From Girardia tigrina (taxonomy: Eukaryota), in the NCBI GenBank assembly GCA_001938485.1, contig MQRK01246661.1, positions 1 to 52,277 of the forward strand: a DNA stretch of 52,277 nt, read 5' to 3'. Every line of letters starts with the position of its first letter. Position 1 is the first letter of the stretch. Of the stretch, positions 49,979 through 52,277 are shown one piece after another. The notes under the pieces were generated by a model. That model saw only the letters and a program-made list of their open reading frames with translations, ran no database searches and was not told where the DNA came from. Both the position numbers and the translations under genes were made by a program.

Positions 49979-51522
49979 TGCTAAAGCAAGATTTTGGACC
50001 AATTTTCGTGATTATCAAAATTTGATGAAAATTATGAGTGGTCAACTCTTAAAAATATAAAAAATAAAATAATTGAAATTAAAATTTATTTTTAAAGTTA
50101 GTATTACCATTTTTCTATGTATAAATAATAAAAAATTTTATTATTTAATTTTTATAATAATCAAAAAATTTTAAAAAAATTAATATTTTGAACTATCAAG
50201 ATCTCCTAATTATTAACCAAACTTATTTCATTTCTTTGTACACAAAAGTCTTATTTTTCCTAAGTAATGTTTATATAATAAATTATAAATTCTGGTAACA
50301 ATCAATGTTCTTTTAGAATTATAAAACATTAATAGAATATCAGATTATCTGAATTACTAAACAAAACTAAAATTGTTTTAAAGTAATAAAGTAATAAAGT
50401 AAAGTATTAAAGTAATAAATAAAACCAAACTCATACCTTTGTGAAAAATTAGGCTAAACACAAACAAGTTGTATGGTTAAAGGAAACCAGTAAAATCCTC
50501 TATTCCACAAAAGTATAACTTGCAAAGTAGCGATAATAATTAAACTCGACCTACAAATTTAAACCAACAATCAACAGGAAATTCAAAAAAAAACGTACAA
50601 AAATTATTTTGAAGCTTACCAAACAGTTGTTGATCAATCATAATTGTTTCATTTTCCACCAATAAAAAGTGAATTATCAAAATATGAATCATAAATTGAT
50701 CCTGGGAAATATAATATTTCCCTTTCACCGTTTAGATATCTTAATGATAATTTTTACTTATTATGTTTCATTCTGTTAATCGATATGAACTACTTTTTTT
50801 GCAAAATTATCATCCCGAAATTAATTGCAAATTATAAAATTTTAGCAAAACATTTTAAGAAATAAAGTATAATTACTTTGTCAATTCTGAATTTTCATTA
50901 ATAGATTGTTATGTCTAATTAATGGAGATTAATAGATTTGCCAATTGTCAGCATAAACTGCTAATTTTTGTATTACAAGAAAATCACCCTTCAAAACGAA
51001 TGAAATTTATTCTTTCATGTTAAACATTGATCAACTTCGGTAGAATGTATTGAAATATTTAAATAAATGGATTTTGAAATGATAATTTATCTATCCAATA
51101 TTGCCTCCTTCTATTGTGTAAAAAACTTTATAAGCAGCATAGGTACACAAGCTATTAAACCATAGGGGTAAACCTTAAAACTACGGTTGTATGTCCTGAG
51201 ATTTTCAGAGCTCTGTCTTGTTTTGTTTTACTACTTATAAAGGACCATTTTTGATCCATGTTTTTGATTTTACAGTCATTGTCTAAATCAACATTTCAAA
51301 AAACAAATTAAACATGACAATGTATTTTTCGCTTTCATGCCTGTAAACTAAAAGCTTGTACTTCTTCTGATCTTTCAAGAGACATATGCACAATTAAGAA
51401 TGTTTAATTAGTAGAGTTCATTGAATTTGTTTCATCCCGCTGTTGGTCGTTATGAGTTTGATATTGTGATTTTAGATAAATTGAATGAAAAGAACTTTTA
51501 ATACATTTATTTATATAATTTC

Positions 51523-52277
51523 TAGACATGTACCGGTTTCACTTTTTCAAAACCGACCGTTTCCAGTACCGGTTTTGAAAAATAAAAAATTATCAAAAAA
51601 GAAAAACCAACATTGAAACGAAATAAAATTTTTATTTTGTATTTTTAACAGAAATACTAACTTCATCAATTAGATGAAAATTAAATTTCAAAAGAATTAA
51701 TCTCTCTGTATTCTCCGGTAATAGCCTTGATTTTTGGTCGTCCAATGTTTTTCCTGCAATGCTAAAAACTCTTTCAGAAGGAACACTTGTGAGCGGAGAC
51801 ACACGATAGGTACGAGCGATCTGTGATAGTCTTGGGAAACGATGATTATTGAAGCCCCACCAGTGAAGTAGATTTTCTTGTTTTGAAATAAGTCCTTCAG
51901 ATAAATAGATGTCCAATTCTGTTTTCAACGCTGATGCTGGAGAAAAAGACAACTTTGTCTGAGACAGCGATAAAATCTCGTCAAGACTTGACCAGGGGCT
52001 GAGATCACAATTTTGAGAAATGTTCATTAAAGTTTTTTCAGTTTCTAAATGCTCGACGATTGTAGTGATTTCATTTATATACCAACATGTAAAAGCTAGA
52101 AGGTTATCTTTAATTTGTGCAGATACAAACTCAGAAATGCAGCGATGTTTAAAACTGGGATTCAAAAGAGTGGCGATTGCTCAACATGGGTGAATCTCCA
52201 TGTTTCTCAACCGTTTTATGAGAGATTTCAGCAACTGTTCCTTCATTGTTTTTAATTCTGAATCAACTTCGGGCTTT
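51523..52277 (-). mobile_element. hAT (Ac/ZBED1-like) transposon 3' end with dimerisation domain
   Basis: ELDIYL, LHWW, FPRLSQIA, TSVPSERVFSIAG, RLLPEN. Terminus TAGACATGTACCGG with subterminal ACCG repeats. Confidence 0.9.

Overview
AT-rich eukaryotic (probably invertebrate, possibly flatworm) scaffold segment with several N gaps. The backbone is the 5' half of one minus-strand TRPM-family cation channel gene. Ten phase-consistent GT-AG coding exons run from 49978 down to 9042 and encode the SLOG/MHR1-3 region; the gene probably continues past the left edge. The introns are full of decayed transposons: Ty3/Gypsy pieces, a nearly intact mariner, pogo, hAT, Mutator and Penelope-like elements (two with minimal hammerhead ribozymes), and MITEs. 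The most unusual signal is two distinct LTR-retrotransposon families (27821-31430 and 37875-38307). Their primer-binding sites lack the canonical TGG and are instead complementary to the first ~12 nt of the 5' end of a tRNA (Lys-UUU; probably Phe). The larger element also pairs a DIRS-like RNase H motif with a DDE integrase. Orphan host-gene fragments (Hsp90, ZDHHC palmitoyltransferase) sit among the transposons. All calls come from reading and hand-translating the sequence; no searches were run.
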